From positions 4,340,001 through 4,404,000 of the forward strand of contig NC_047062.1 in assembly GCF_902459465.1 (NCBI RefSeq): a DNA stretch of 64,000 bases. The letters are read 5' to 3'. The translations under genes were made by a program, and so were the position numbers. How positions within the stretch are numbered: the first letter of the stretch is position 1; each line of letters starts with the position of its first letter. Shown here in pieces: positions 40,463 to 53,300 of this stretch. The stretch is from Asterias rubens (Eukaryota). The notes beneath the pieces were generated by a model, which was not told where the DNA came from, made no database searches, and was given only the letters and a program-made list of their open reading frames with translations.

Positions 40463-40808
40463 AGCCGGCCTCAGGTCGACCTTGTGCAACAAGAAACAGT
40501 CAGTGACTCACTTTTCAGGATCACAATGCACCTGAGCTAAGACCCTTTGGAACTTTTCAGTCGGCGTATATTTACGACCCGAGCGTAACTGCGATGATAT
40601 ATAGACAATCTGAAACAGCCGCCGCTCGAAACAAATGAACAGTGGCAAGAGTAGAACAGTTTTAACATGTAGGACGTGATCCCGACGAACGGTAACCAAT
40701 CTTAGGCGCAAGATTTCTCAGTTGTTGTGGCCTGGGCATACGTTGTCTGCGCGTTGCCGACAGTTTGTTGCGGGCGCAAGAAAATCGCAGGTCGACCTGA
40801 GGCCGGCT
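40463..40808. mobile_element. PIF/Harbinger-like MITE (TAA TSD)
   Basis: TAA|AGCCGGCCTCAGGTCGACC ... GGTCGACCTGAGGCCGGCT|TAA. Confidence 0.8.
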
Positions 40809-41399
40809 TAAACCAGACAGTAGTGTTAGACAGTAGTGACTGGAAAGACATCAGTCATCACACACTCTGCATATATCACATTATGAAAACACTGCATCTG
40901 GGATTGTCTCCATAATATCTGTGGGGGAAAGAAGGAGAACAAAAACCATTACTCTTCACAATGAACCAATAACAGCAATTTTTTTTCAAACTCAGAGCAA
41001 AATGTGATAACTATTATTTACAGATAGCCTAATATGTATATTTTCCATTCTTAGTTACTTTAAAAGGCACTGGACACTATTGGTAAAACAATTGTTAGCA
41101 TAAAATCTAACATGAATGAGCAATAGAGAGCTGTTGATAGTATAAAACATTATGAGAAACAAATCCCTTTGAAGTAACATAGTTTTTGATAAAGAGGTAA
41201 TTCCTCACACAAATAATAAAAGATTCAGGCCTGAAGCCTTTGCACACAAAAGTGTGATATTTTATGCATTTGTTGGGATACACCAAGTGAGAATACTGGT
41301 CCTTGACAATTACCAAACGTGTCCAGTGTTGTTAACACTTGTGTCAAATTTGTGAATCTTTCTCTATTTTGCGCTTTTGAAGTTTGGAGTTTGTGAAAT

Positions 41400-44300
41400 T
41401 TAAGGGCAATGACCTTGCGGCATATTCTTTATCTTCTCATAGTCTTCAACATCATTGCTGACATACTGCCAGAACTTGGCTGGTTTTAGGGGTGATGGTC
41501 CGAGTCTTGAGATGATGCATTCTGGTAGGCCGACTGCTTTGTCTGCAAACTCAAGTTTCTTCTTCTGGATGGGAAGGTTTTTCTGCGTGGCTCGGTTGCA
41601 GGTTACTGGAGGGGACACCTGGAAAACAAAAGAGTACCCTGGTAAATAGAGTATGCTCAGTGTAATGCGGCATGCTGTATCAACCTTAAGGCCGGTTTAT
41701 AGTTGGTCGCCCGATGGTCGCACGATTAAAATTTTGACACGCGACACAGTTTATAGTCATCGCTGAGGCCTAAAATCTGTGGTTTTTTTTATCACGCGTC
41801 AAGATTTTCATCACCCGACCATCACGCGACCGACTATAAACCAGCCTTTACAGATGTACATTACTGTAGTAGTTTAGCTTCCAAGTGTCAAAAATACTGT
41901 TTAAATTAAACTGGGCATGAAATGGTAGTGTAAACACTAGAAACTAACTTATTACAAAAATGAGCCTTTGGAAGAAACAACGACTTTATCAGATAAATTA
42001 AAGGGGACAATCTACATGTAAGCAAAGTCAAATCTAACACTCAAGAAGGTTCCAGTTGATTTGGTCTAGTGAATAGGGTACACAAAAGTTGGGGTAGGTG
42101 GTTGGAGAATCTTGTCCTGGTAGTGGGACAGGAATCCACGGTTTATTAAGTCCATCACATTCTTGATTTTGTGGGTCACTAATCCATTCCAGAAATGGGA
42201 ACGGAAATCTAGATTGTGCTTAGCGGCGAGCTCACTCAGAGAAAAAAACATCTCTTTGCTTAAACCTGTTGGGGAAAAGAAAACGTGTACTTTAAGCCTC
42301 TTTTCTTATTAACACTAATGATTCACAATTTAGATTTGTGTTCCTGCTGCCTCAAACATTACAAAAGATAACAACTACAGAGATTAAGTTCTCGTCAAAT
42401 AAGTTCTCTGAATTGAAACCACCAAATAGATAACAGTAGAAAAGGAATTACTGAACATCTTTTCCAGTAACTCTACTTCTTTTACGACACAATGTCAAGA
42501 ACTTTCCCACACTACCTTACCATTGGCGTCAGCTGATTAGCGACTTCCAGCTTCCATTTGTCCAGAATTCTCTTCTTGTTTGGCTTTCCAGGATACCCAC
42601 TGCTTGGGCTGCTTCTCTTGAGCTGCCCCCTAGGGGTTGCATGGCCGGGGTGTTGGGTGACTGGGTGCTGGGTGACTGGGTGCTGGGTACCTTGCTGCAC
42701 CTCCTCAGGGGTGCTGGTGGTTGGCTTCAGGGTCTCGTTGGACAATGAAGTGGAAATTTGAATGGGTTCGGGCTAGAGAGAATAATGGAGAGGTTTGCTT
42801 TAAACCAGTAGCAGTTTTATGAATTTCATGAACAGAATACATCCAATGTTTAAACATCAAGGCTACCGATGCCTAACAATTAAAATTAAAATCAGACTAA
42901 CTTCCATAACAATGCACCCTTTAAAATACTTTGTTGACTCGTTTTGATACTTTCGTATCAAATCAAAAAAGGAATTTTTAATCAAATCAGCATCAGTGAT
43001 GAGTGAAATTTAAAATTCAGTTACATCAAAATCCATGAGTTCTTGTGTGCTGTGCCCCATTGCCGGTGTGGCTTGTGTGCTGTGTCCCACTGTCGGTGTG
43101 GCTTGTGTGCTGTGTCTCACTGTCAGTGTGCTGTGTCCCACTGCCAGTGTGTTTTGCCCCACTGCTGGTGTGGCCTGTGTGTTGTGCCCGACTGCTGGCG
43201 TGTTGTGCCCCACTGCCGGTGTTGCTGGTGTGTTGTGCCCCACTGCCGGTGTTGCTTGTGTGCTGTGCCACACTGCCGGTGTGGATGGTGCCTCCTTCTG
43301 GTGGGTCACACTAGACGTAGCCTTGACTTGTAGTTGCTTTGGCGCATTGATATAAACCAAGTCATCATCACTGCATGATGGGAGATCTACAGCCGACACA
43401 TCAAACTGCCAAGGAAGAAAAAGTCAAACAATAAATACATCTTATGTTTTGACCAGATCCATTTGCTCACTTTTACTTCAATCCTTTTCTGAGAAAATAG
43501 AATTAGCCGTTGCAAATGTTGCTTTATATCATCCAAAAGGACCGATGGTATAAACGCTAAAATTAGTTAATGGGCAGTCTGAGTTTCCACCCTAGCAGTC
43601 TTGCTGGAAAGCTAGGGTCAAAATGTTAGCCCACTAACTTTTTTTCAATCCTATTCTGTTACATTCCCTTTACACTTTTAGATCACGCAAAACAATGACA
43701 GCTCAGACAAAGCACTAAAAGGTAGGGTCACATAATTGGTAAATACTCCAAATATTAATCACCATACAAACTTACTTGTTGGGAAGCACTGCAGCTGTTG
43801 ATAATATTAACTCTTTTGAGAAAGGAGTTCCTTTGAAGTATTGTGGTTGAATAAATTTTCAACCAAAAACATTTTAGTCTAGGTTGGTGTCCATTCATGA
43901 AATGCTGCAGCCAGAGATGCGGTTGGTACCCACTAAAATACCATGAGTTTTTTTGCTGTATTCAGCTGAAACTTTCACATGTGACATTTATTGTATCTCT
44001 CTTGAAAATTTGGCCTATAAATCAGCATTTCTTTGACAAAAACCTCTCTAATACCCTACCTTTAAAAAGCACTCAGTTACCAAGTCACATGAAGGCTACT
44101 CACGGATAATGCTAGCATATGAGCTCCCTTAGTTTTTCTTGATGGTCTCTGAGGTGTGCTGGTCAACCTTGTACCTCCTCTGCTCTCTTTGCTTATTGAT
44201 GATCTTAAAGTGTCATGATGCTTTGACGTTTCAAAGGAATGTGTCTAAAGTAAATTTGACAAGATTCAAACAAATAGTTTCATTATTTGTATTCTTTCCT

Positions 44301-47300
44301 ACAAATAGTTGTTACATCTACCCATTTTAAGATTTCTACGTCTGAATTGTTGGCCAATTTGACCATAAGATTTAGATTTAAACTTTAGATTGGGCCTAGA
44401 TTTTGTATAGATTAGAGAAAAATACAAGCTTTCATTTCAGGTATTGCAATGGAAAAAGCACCAATGTTTAAGGGAAATTAGTTGAAACAGCATCATCTAT
44501 GAACAATTTACACAGAGAAACAAACACACACAAAAAACAAAAAAACCACCGAACTCCCAAATTAGTTGTGATGACTTGATGTTACTTTCCACCTTCCATT
44601 TTACTTTTTTTCAGAAATGTTGTTATCAAAGAGACAATTTCTTACCTTCTTAAGGATGCTAGGAGATGGGCACAATTCTGGTATATGTATCACCGCACAA
44701 GGTACAATTGAGGCAGGCTCGCTGAAATTTTCTCGGGCTTTACTGGACAAGAGGAACTTCACTTGCTTGCTGCTGCTGCTGTTCCTAGACACGCTTTCCT
44801 AAAAAAGAAGACAAAACAAAATAAGAAAAACCCACCAAAAACACAATTTTTTTTTATTAAACTATAGTAAATGTTTTCTGTTTCAAAATTCAATTTCCAG
44901 ATGAACCAAAACAAATTTACTAGAACAGTATTTGAACATGCGACCTCCGTGTTGAGCCCCACCAATGCACTCTCCCTATGTTGTCAATATTTTTGCTAGG
45001 TAGGGGAAGTCAGTCAAAGGCAAATCAACTCAAAACTGCCATGTAGCCAGGGATCACACCCGAGTTTAAGATACAACCCAGGAAGCGGCAGCAGAGGGAT
45101 CACCATAAGGGGATGCAACTTTCAAATCTCAACAGGCATTTTTTCCTTTGGAACATTTTCGAAGGCACAACCCAAGTACGGAGCGAGGCAGTCGAAATGC
45201 CACGGGACATGAGACTCAAAATGGTACCCTAGAAAATGTTGAGGTTTATTATGCTCCAAGGTGCATTGTTAGCATATACTAGGCTTACATTATTGTAGTT
45301 GTACATTGTTGTTGCCAGGCATATACTAGGCATGCATACTTTTTGAAACTTTTTTTTAGCGCCGATCACTTTGTTTTTAAAATGCGGAATTCCGCGGAAA
45401 CGCAGAAGAGTTGCATGCCTGTATCAACCAACAAACCACAAGGGAAACTGACTGGGTACATTTGTGGTTTATTAGGAAAGCTTTTATCTTAATTTAAACA
45501 TTGATGAACTCACAGTTGAGACCATTGCAGTGTTGTTTCTGAGGCTGCTCGATGCCGACTTGGGGTATTGCCTGAACGAGATTCTTGGAGACATCTTGGG
45601 GGAGGACCTCTCCAGTGTTTGAGCTTTCTTCCCCTGAATGCCGAGTGGTGTGCTCACTGTACAAGTCAAAATTTTAATACAGTCAAGCAAAAGGTGATTT
45701 AAAATGTGTTTGTGTACATTTTTAAAGAGCATAATCTTTGCTTTAATACTGTTAAAATCCCCTGTTGATACCACACTTTAAAATAAGGTTAAAGTAGAAA
45801 CACCAAGAAGTAGGAGAGCATAAAACTGAGAAAAGGTGGTTTAAAGTTGTTAATTGAAAACAAATTAGCACATTTTATTTCAATGCTAATTGTAACCCTT
45901 TTTTGATTTTATTCATCAGGAAGGGGGTAGTTGCCAATATAAAATAAAATAAAATTGTGCATTTAAATTTACACAAAAATATTTGTGAAAATTTAACCCC
46001 TGTTGGCTTGTTTTGGCTTGTTCTGACAAAAGACTCAATTAGCTTGGTTGCATAAAAAACTACATCAAACATTAATATAAACAAATCCACCGAATACGGT
46101 ATATGAAATACAAAAAACTACTATCAAAAATAAACATATAAACTATATGGAATGAACAAAACGAAATAAATACTAACTACTTCTAAAAGTCGACGAGAGT
46201 TTGACTGATCTTGGAGCAGAGGCAAGCTTCTGTTCAGACTGTTCGGCTGGGCCCAAGGTTTTCTTAGTGCCTGGTCTCTGATTACTTGATGATGCCATAT
46301 AGGACTCACTGAATAAGGATGAACTCAATGTCGGCATAGCTTCAATGGTTGGAAGTGCACATGCATCACCTAGCAGAGATTTACAGAGAGTGATTAAAAG
46401 CACTGGACACTATTGGTAATTACTCAAAATAATTGTTAGCATAAAAACTTACTTGGTAACGAGCAATGGATCAGAGCTGTGGATAGTATAAATTGTGAGA
46501 AACGACGCCCTCTGAATTAGCGTAGTTTTTGAGAAAGAGGTAATTTCTCGCTCAAATATTGAAAGACTTCAAGCCTGAGGCCTTTTCTCTCATTATTATC
46601 TTGCAAGTTCGATCAATAATTGAGTCCAAATTTTCACAGGTTTGTTATTTTATGCATATGTTGGGATATACCAAGTAAGAATACAGATCTTTGACAATTA
46701 TCAAAGGTGTCCAGTGCCTTTCAGACCATTTGCCCCATGATTAAGTGCAAGATTTCCAGTTACACCAAATGCATGGTAGACTTCTGGATAGTGTGAATTG
46801 AAAATAACTGGTGGCATTTACAGGGCCTATACACCATTCAAAAGAGATTTGTCCCCTCAGGGTGACAGGGGTGGTACAGCAAATCTTACACTATACTCAT
46901 TCCCAATATAAAAAGTATATAACCTTGACATCCATAATCGTATAGTGGAAAAGCCTTAGAGATATTTAACAAATAATTTATATTTTCTTTGCTCTAACTG
47001 ACATTTATTTACAATTTGTTTGTTTGTTAATCCGTTGAAATGGCTATTTGTAATCTTGTGTAAATTCTTGACTGAAAAAGGAAAAGAAAAAAGTATGATT
47101 GACATTTGCTCTTTTCCTAAATAATGCAAGAAGAATATTAATATTACCTTTGGTTTTACCCATACACCGATGTGTGTTAGCACTGTATACTCAGTACTTA
47201 CCCGAGGCATGTTACTCGGGTGGGATTCAAACCCACAAACCCTTGCAATTCTAGAGCAGTGTCTTACCAACTAGACTTCCAAGGTTGCCCGATAGCTAGA

Positions 47301-50300
47301 GGCAGTTCGAATCCTATGTTTTGGCAGGGGGTACCGCAACGATAAAAGAGATGTTAAATTTGCATCGGGGATTAAAGAATATTAATTTTGGTTTTACCAA
47401 TACACCGATGTGTGTTAGATGTTGCAAGAAGAAGAGTTAGATTGATGTAATCCTACCCTCAATAGATGACGTGTCCAGCATGAACCTGTTGTGAATCAAT
47501 GTGTTCCTGCCTTTGCTTGTTGGTGTTGATGTTATCTTGCTGGTTGCAAACTTAGCCCTGGAGTTATCTTCTAGAGACGATGAAATGATACAAAACACAA
47601 ATTAATGTAATGAAAATGTTAACAACTGCATGGAAAACAGCCCCAAGACCTAACAAATAAAAAGACTGTTCAAGGTGCTTGAAATTTCAGTTTTCTTTTT
47701 CCTAGCACATAATTACTTTCCCCGATGCAAATTTAACATCTCTTATTATCGTTGCGGTACCCGCTGCCAAAACATAGGATTCGAACTGCCTGTAGCTACT
47801 GGGCAAGCATGGTAGTCTAGTTGGTAAGACACTGCTCTAGAATTGCAAGGGTCGTGGGTTCGAATCCCACCCGAGTAACATGCGTGTGATATTTTTTCAC
47901 AGGACTCGGGAAAGTACTGAGTATACAGTGCTTAAACATCGGTGTATGGGTAAAAACCAATTAATATAATTACTTTCCTCTATCTTTGTACATTCTTTGT
48001 GCCTTCTTTATATTGCAAGGGAACATTTTTATGAAACATAAAGCTACAGCAATCCCCTTGTTTCTCAGAAAACCCTAGGAAACCATTTAATTACATTTTT
48101 AACAGCAATTTTCATATGTTCTAAAAGTTAATAGCAACCACCATGCTGACTTTTGCTTATTAAACTTGAGTCAAGTAGTTCTACTGTTATTACCAGATTT
48201 TTTAAGATACCCACCTATGGCTGAACCAACACTATAACATGTATACAGGCATTTTTCATTTCGCCCAACAAAGATCAGAGCACTTAAAAAAAAGCTAACT
48301 TATTAATAAAGATACAAGTAAAAAATGCATCTGTACAGGAGATACAAAAAAATATACAAGCAAAGTAATGTATGGCATGATTACACAAATAAATGTGTTT
48401 TGAGTCTAATTTGGAAGAGCTGAAGTATGTTCCCAAAAGAGATTTACACATGATTGTACCTACAAATTTACTAGTAATAGTTACATCCAATTATCCACAC
48501 CATGCAAATCTTCAAGCATCACATAACCGAACTCCTTCTGAGAGTTTTCTTATCTATTCCATACCTTTGATTGCTGATATTTCCTGGATGGGGTCGTACT
48601 CCTGGATGTTCAATGCAGACACATCTTCTGCCAGGGTGGAGTTCTTCCGACCTGTGACAGGCTTTTTGTTGAGCCATGCTGAAGACACTTTTCTAGGCAT
48701 AGCTGTAATAACAAGTATGAAAACAGTTATGAAAACAGTTATAAGGTCATGCAGACCTTAGCACTGCTTAATTGTCCTATAATACCTTCAAAAAAATTTG
48801 TAATTGAACATAGATCAGGCATGAAATTTGGTTCTGGGAAAAAAAGTAGGAAACATTATTCTAATAAATAGACTTTTCAGGTATTTAATCACAAAAAACA
48901 CAACAATTAGTATTCTTTATCCCGAGTGCAAATTTAACATCTTTTATATCGTTGCGGTACCCATTGCCTAACTTAGGATTCGAACTGCCTCTGGCTACCA
49001 GGCAATCTCGATAGTCTAGTCGGTAAGGGTCGTGGGTTCGAATCCCAACCGATTAATATGCCTGTGATATTTTTCTCACAGGACTCAGGAAAGTACCGAG
49101 TATACAGTGCTTAAAACAGATCGGTGTCTGGGTACAAAACCAAAAAATAATATTTAATCACGGTTTTTCTCATTTTTCCAATGGTAAAAAAATCAGAAAT
49201 CAGGCTAAGAATAATATGTCTGATAGATGGAAATTTACTCCTCATTCTTTCACACCACTACTCTCTCTCCCCATATAGTTCATGCAGTACCTTTGGTTGT
49301 ATTGACTGCATTCTTTCTTTGTGTAGCCATGGATGCATTGGGTAAGAACAACTGGGCTACCTTGGGAGTAAGAGACTTCATGACCCTCACTGCTGGGTCT
49401 GTATAAAAGAATCAAATCCATTCCAGATATGAAGAAACAAAACAAGGTTGTTGTTGTCGAAATTTATTGGCTGGAAACCATGGCCTCTGTTTAATTGTCC
49501 AGTTTAATTGAACATTATACATTTTTAAATATACTCAAATTTCCGATGCTTTATCAAACCCCTGCCCTGGTTTTTAACTGCCTGCTGGATTCAATTGAGC
49601 ATTGTTTCTAGTGTAAAGCAGGCCTGGAATTAAGTAGAAATGATTCTCAAAATGCTGTATACTATCGAAAGCTGCCATTAATTTAAGAGCAATTACCAAA
49701 ATATGCACCTTCCCTTTAAATGATACCCCCCCCCTTCAAGTGGGCAAAACAAGTTAATCCAGAAAACAGAGTGACATCAAAACACTTGGGCACAAACCTG
49801 GAACATCTCTGAGTATTTCAATGTCGGAGTAGTCTTCCTCCATCAGGGTGTCTTCTGTCGTGGAGTATCTACTTCCCGTGTCATCAAACATCATCAGGGT
49901 AGAGTCATCAGATGTTACCTCTGATTGATCAAATTGTACAAAATCAGAACATTAAAATAGTAAATTTGAAAGCACAATTTGAAAAAATTACCAGAGCTGA
50001 AATTTTGATTTATTTGATGCTTCACTGAGTCCTTGGCCATTGCCTTGCTGCCCATTAAACCTAATTCTAATGATAATTTACAGTTTCCTCATAGAAGTAC
50101 AACAAAGAGCACGCCTTAGTGCCCTTGTGCTTTCTAGAACAAAACATCAGGCCTGGTGAGTTTTTTTTTTTTTTTTCTTTTTTGTAATATTTAGTATTGT
50201 CTAGCTAAATGGAATACTTGTTTTAATAGACAAATAGAGAATCAGCAAATTAGGGACACATCTTTCTACGATAAGTTCCTCACCATTTTCCCCAGTGTAT

Positions 50301-53300
50301 GCAGCAGTACTGCAGCTATCAGTATAATATGCAGTAGATCCACTGAGCTGGGAGGAACTTTGCTCTTTGCCTCCTCTACAATGTGGACTTGAGAAAACTC
50401 CTCTGCCTCGTACAAAGAATGGTACGTGCAGCTTGCCTCCTCTTGGCTGTAGAAACTAAACAGAAAAAAAACCTCAATGCATAAAGTAAATTACCATACA
50501 GTAATATCAAAGAAAACAAATGTATGATATAGATGGAGAATTGCAGCTGGGATAAAGAATGTTAATTTTGGTTTTACCCATATACACCGATGTGTGCTAG
50601 CACTGTATACTCAGTATTTTTTACTGTCCAGTTGTAAGACACTGCTCTAGAATTGCAAAGCTTGTGGGTTCGAATCCCACCCGAGTATATATCCCTGTGA
50701 TATATTTTTTCACAGAGCTTGGGAAAGTACCGAGTATACAAATGAGGAAAGTCCAAACAAATCAACTTTGAAAGGATTAGTGTTTTTGGAACCTGATTGT
50801 GCTGACGGTTTTTCTTCACTCCGCCTCTTCTTTCTTGACAATCCTCCATCTCAACATCCTTTGGGTCTTGAGCAGCAGTCTTCCTGTATAGATGAATAAA
50901 TGTAAAGATGAACTAAGATGCTGTTTCCTAAAGGCACTGGACACCTTTGATAATCGTCAAAGACCAGTGTTCTCAACTGGTGTATCCCAGCATATGCACA
51001 AAATAACAAATCTGAGAAAATATTGACTCAATTGATCACTGCAAGAGAATAATGAAAAAAAAGTATCCTTGTTGCACAAATTTGTGTGCTTACAGATGCA
51101 TAACAAAAGGCTTCAGGCCTGAAGTATTTTATTGTTTGAGTGCAAAATTACCTCAGTTTCCCCAAAACTATAATTACCTCAGAGGGAGTCGTTTCTCACA
51201 ATGTTTTATACTATCAACAACTCTCTGTTGCTTGTTACCAAGTAAGTTGTTTATGCTCAAAATCATTTTGAGTAATTACCAAATAGCGTCCAGTGCCTTT
51301 CATGCAATATTAAAGCAAAGCAGTGAAAAAACAACAATAACCATGAGCGCATTACTTTCTATTATGCATGCCTCAGTCTAGTGTAGGTTAGGAGCTTGAC
51401 ATCAGTATCTACCATACAAGCTAGTCTACATACTTTTTGGAATCAGCCGCTTTCTGTTTGCCTCTGGTATCAGTCACACATTCAGAATCATCACCTGAAG
51501 AGGATTCCAGATCCGACTCTTGTATTGAGTCTAGCTGGGCACGTTGTTTGCTCTTGGTGTCTGTAATAAATAATTATGGTGGTTATAATCAAACCATAGC
51601 AATATTAGAAAACAATATTTTTTTTTTTTTTTTTAAATGAGATATTTGGCGTACTCACAAGGCCACTTCAAGGTGAGGGTTACTCTTAACTGATTTGGGC
51701 TATCGACCCAGATCAATTGTCACCAGGGACACATTGCCACCCACTCCTGGGGCTGAAACAGGGTTACCCCCTTCACAGTCCATAATGATGTAGTCATGAG
51801 TATCATCCACTAGGAGCCTGGCTGGTAGAGCAGAATGCTCTACCTTCCCAACTTTATATGAAGCAATGGTTACGTGCCTTGCTAATTAAAGGGCACAAGT
51901 TCCATGATCATGATTCGAACCAACACTCTGCTGCTTGCTACAATAATTTACAATCAAACCCACAAAGGCTATTTTGGATGCAGTTGAAATGTTGACGCCC
52001 ATCAAGGAAAGTTATTCCCATCCTACAGACTTTATGTTGAAGAAAGAGCCAATTATTTTGTACCACTTACTCAGCCACATGAAGGGAGCTCCTGTCCGCT
52101 TAGGTACAACCTTATTAGAATGCCTTTCATTGATGAAGTTACTGATGTTCTGCAACGGGGTAGAAGACTTCTTCTTGGTGTCAATCTTCCTGTAGTTTGT
52201 CAAACATAAATGAAAATACCAAGTGTTAAAACTCATGAAATGTAAAAGTTGTTTTAATCTTTCTTGAATCCAGCCATTACATACTCAATTTTTTTTTTAA
52301 GTTAAATTAAGTTTTTATATAAATATGACAGCATATTTAGTTAACAAGCACTATACATGGCATGCAAGAGTGCACACCACAAACCAACATGACATGCCGG
52401 ATATTTTGGAGATAAAAAAATGCAAGTAAAAACATATTTCAGGTCTGTAATAGCGCTAAGTCCCTAGCAAGTATTGCCCAGATCTTAGCCTAGACAGGCA
52501 TGGTTTTGATTTAACAAAGAGTTAACTGCTAAGCAAAGTGTGATGGCAGAATACAAAGCACTATGGTAGTACAGACAATTCATCCAACGGTGAATGTTAG
52601 CACTTTGTGAAATTGAGATCAGACACTTTATGGAGAAGCTCCAGTAGAAATTTAAATTTCCCTCAAAGGATTCAATTTTCAAAGTAAAAACTGCCTGGCC
52701 CTTAAAAGAACCAAGTCTCCGGCCTGTCTAATGTACCTTTAGTAGGTGGTTGTTCCCTGGCATTTAAGCTGTTGAAAGTAACTTAAGAGTCTTCAAAAGA
52801 ATAAACTTGCATGCCTGATCCTTACCCATGGGAACTAGTTGGAGTCAATTTATTTTATTTATTTATTTCCAGGCAAGCAGGACATACACAGAATAGGCAA
52901 TACAAACATGACTACACAGAGAACAAGCCTGCGGATAACCAAAAAGCGAAAATAATCACTATCTAAAGGCGATCCAGACAATAAAAATAACAAAGGCACA
53001 AAAGGGTACAAAGACAAAAACGTCATAACAATTTTGAAAATAGCACATCAGATAGCAACAAAGGTGATTGCCTCCATGCCCCTGGTCATTGCCCTTGCAA
53101 TGCTCCAGTAAAAATTTACAATTTCCTCATAGGGTGCCCTTTACCAAGGACAATATGCCTTGGTGCCCTTGCCCTTTTAAAAATGAAGCAAACAGACCTG
53201 AGTTATCCTCTCCAGTATATTGTTGGCACTCACAGACTTAGTTAGTTCATTCTTTAATTCAATTCCAGAAAATGTTATGAGTGAAACCCCAAACCTACTT

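Noticed and set aside
40508-40711. Minus-strand ORF MRLRLVTVRR... as a further exon of the STP-rich gene
   Set aside because: Lies inside a Harbinger-like MITE and downstream of the stop at 41400.
43035-43355. Cys-rich plus-strand ORFs resembling keratin-associated or metallothionein-like proteins
   Set aside because: Antisense and off-frame reads of the coding minisatellite in exon 43025-43405; no splice or promoter support.
47805-47875. tRNA-like sequences (also about 14500, 16540, 24495, 25780, 25985, 27595)
   Set aside because: A/B boxes are present, but acceptor and anticodon stems do not pair properly and each is embedded in a dispersed repeat. These are SINE-like heads, not tRNA genes.
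52850-53290. Possible CR1/L2 3' remnant
   Set aside because: Only a weak peptide resemblance, partly overlapping a real exon boundary; not enough to call.
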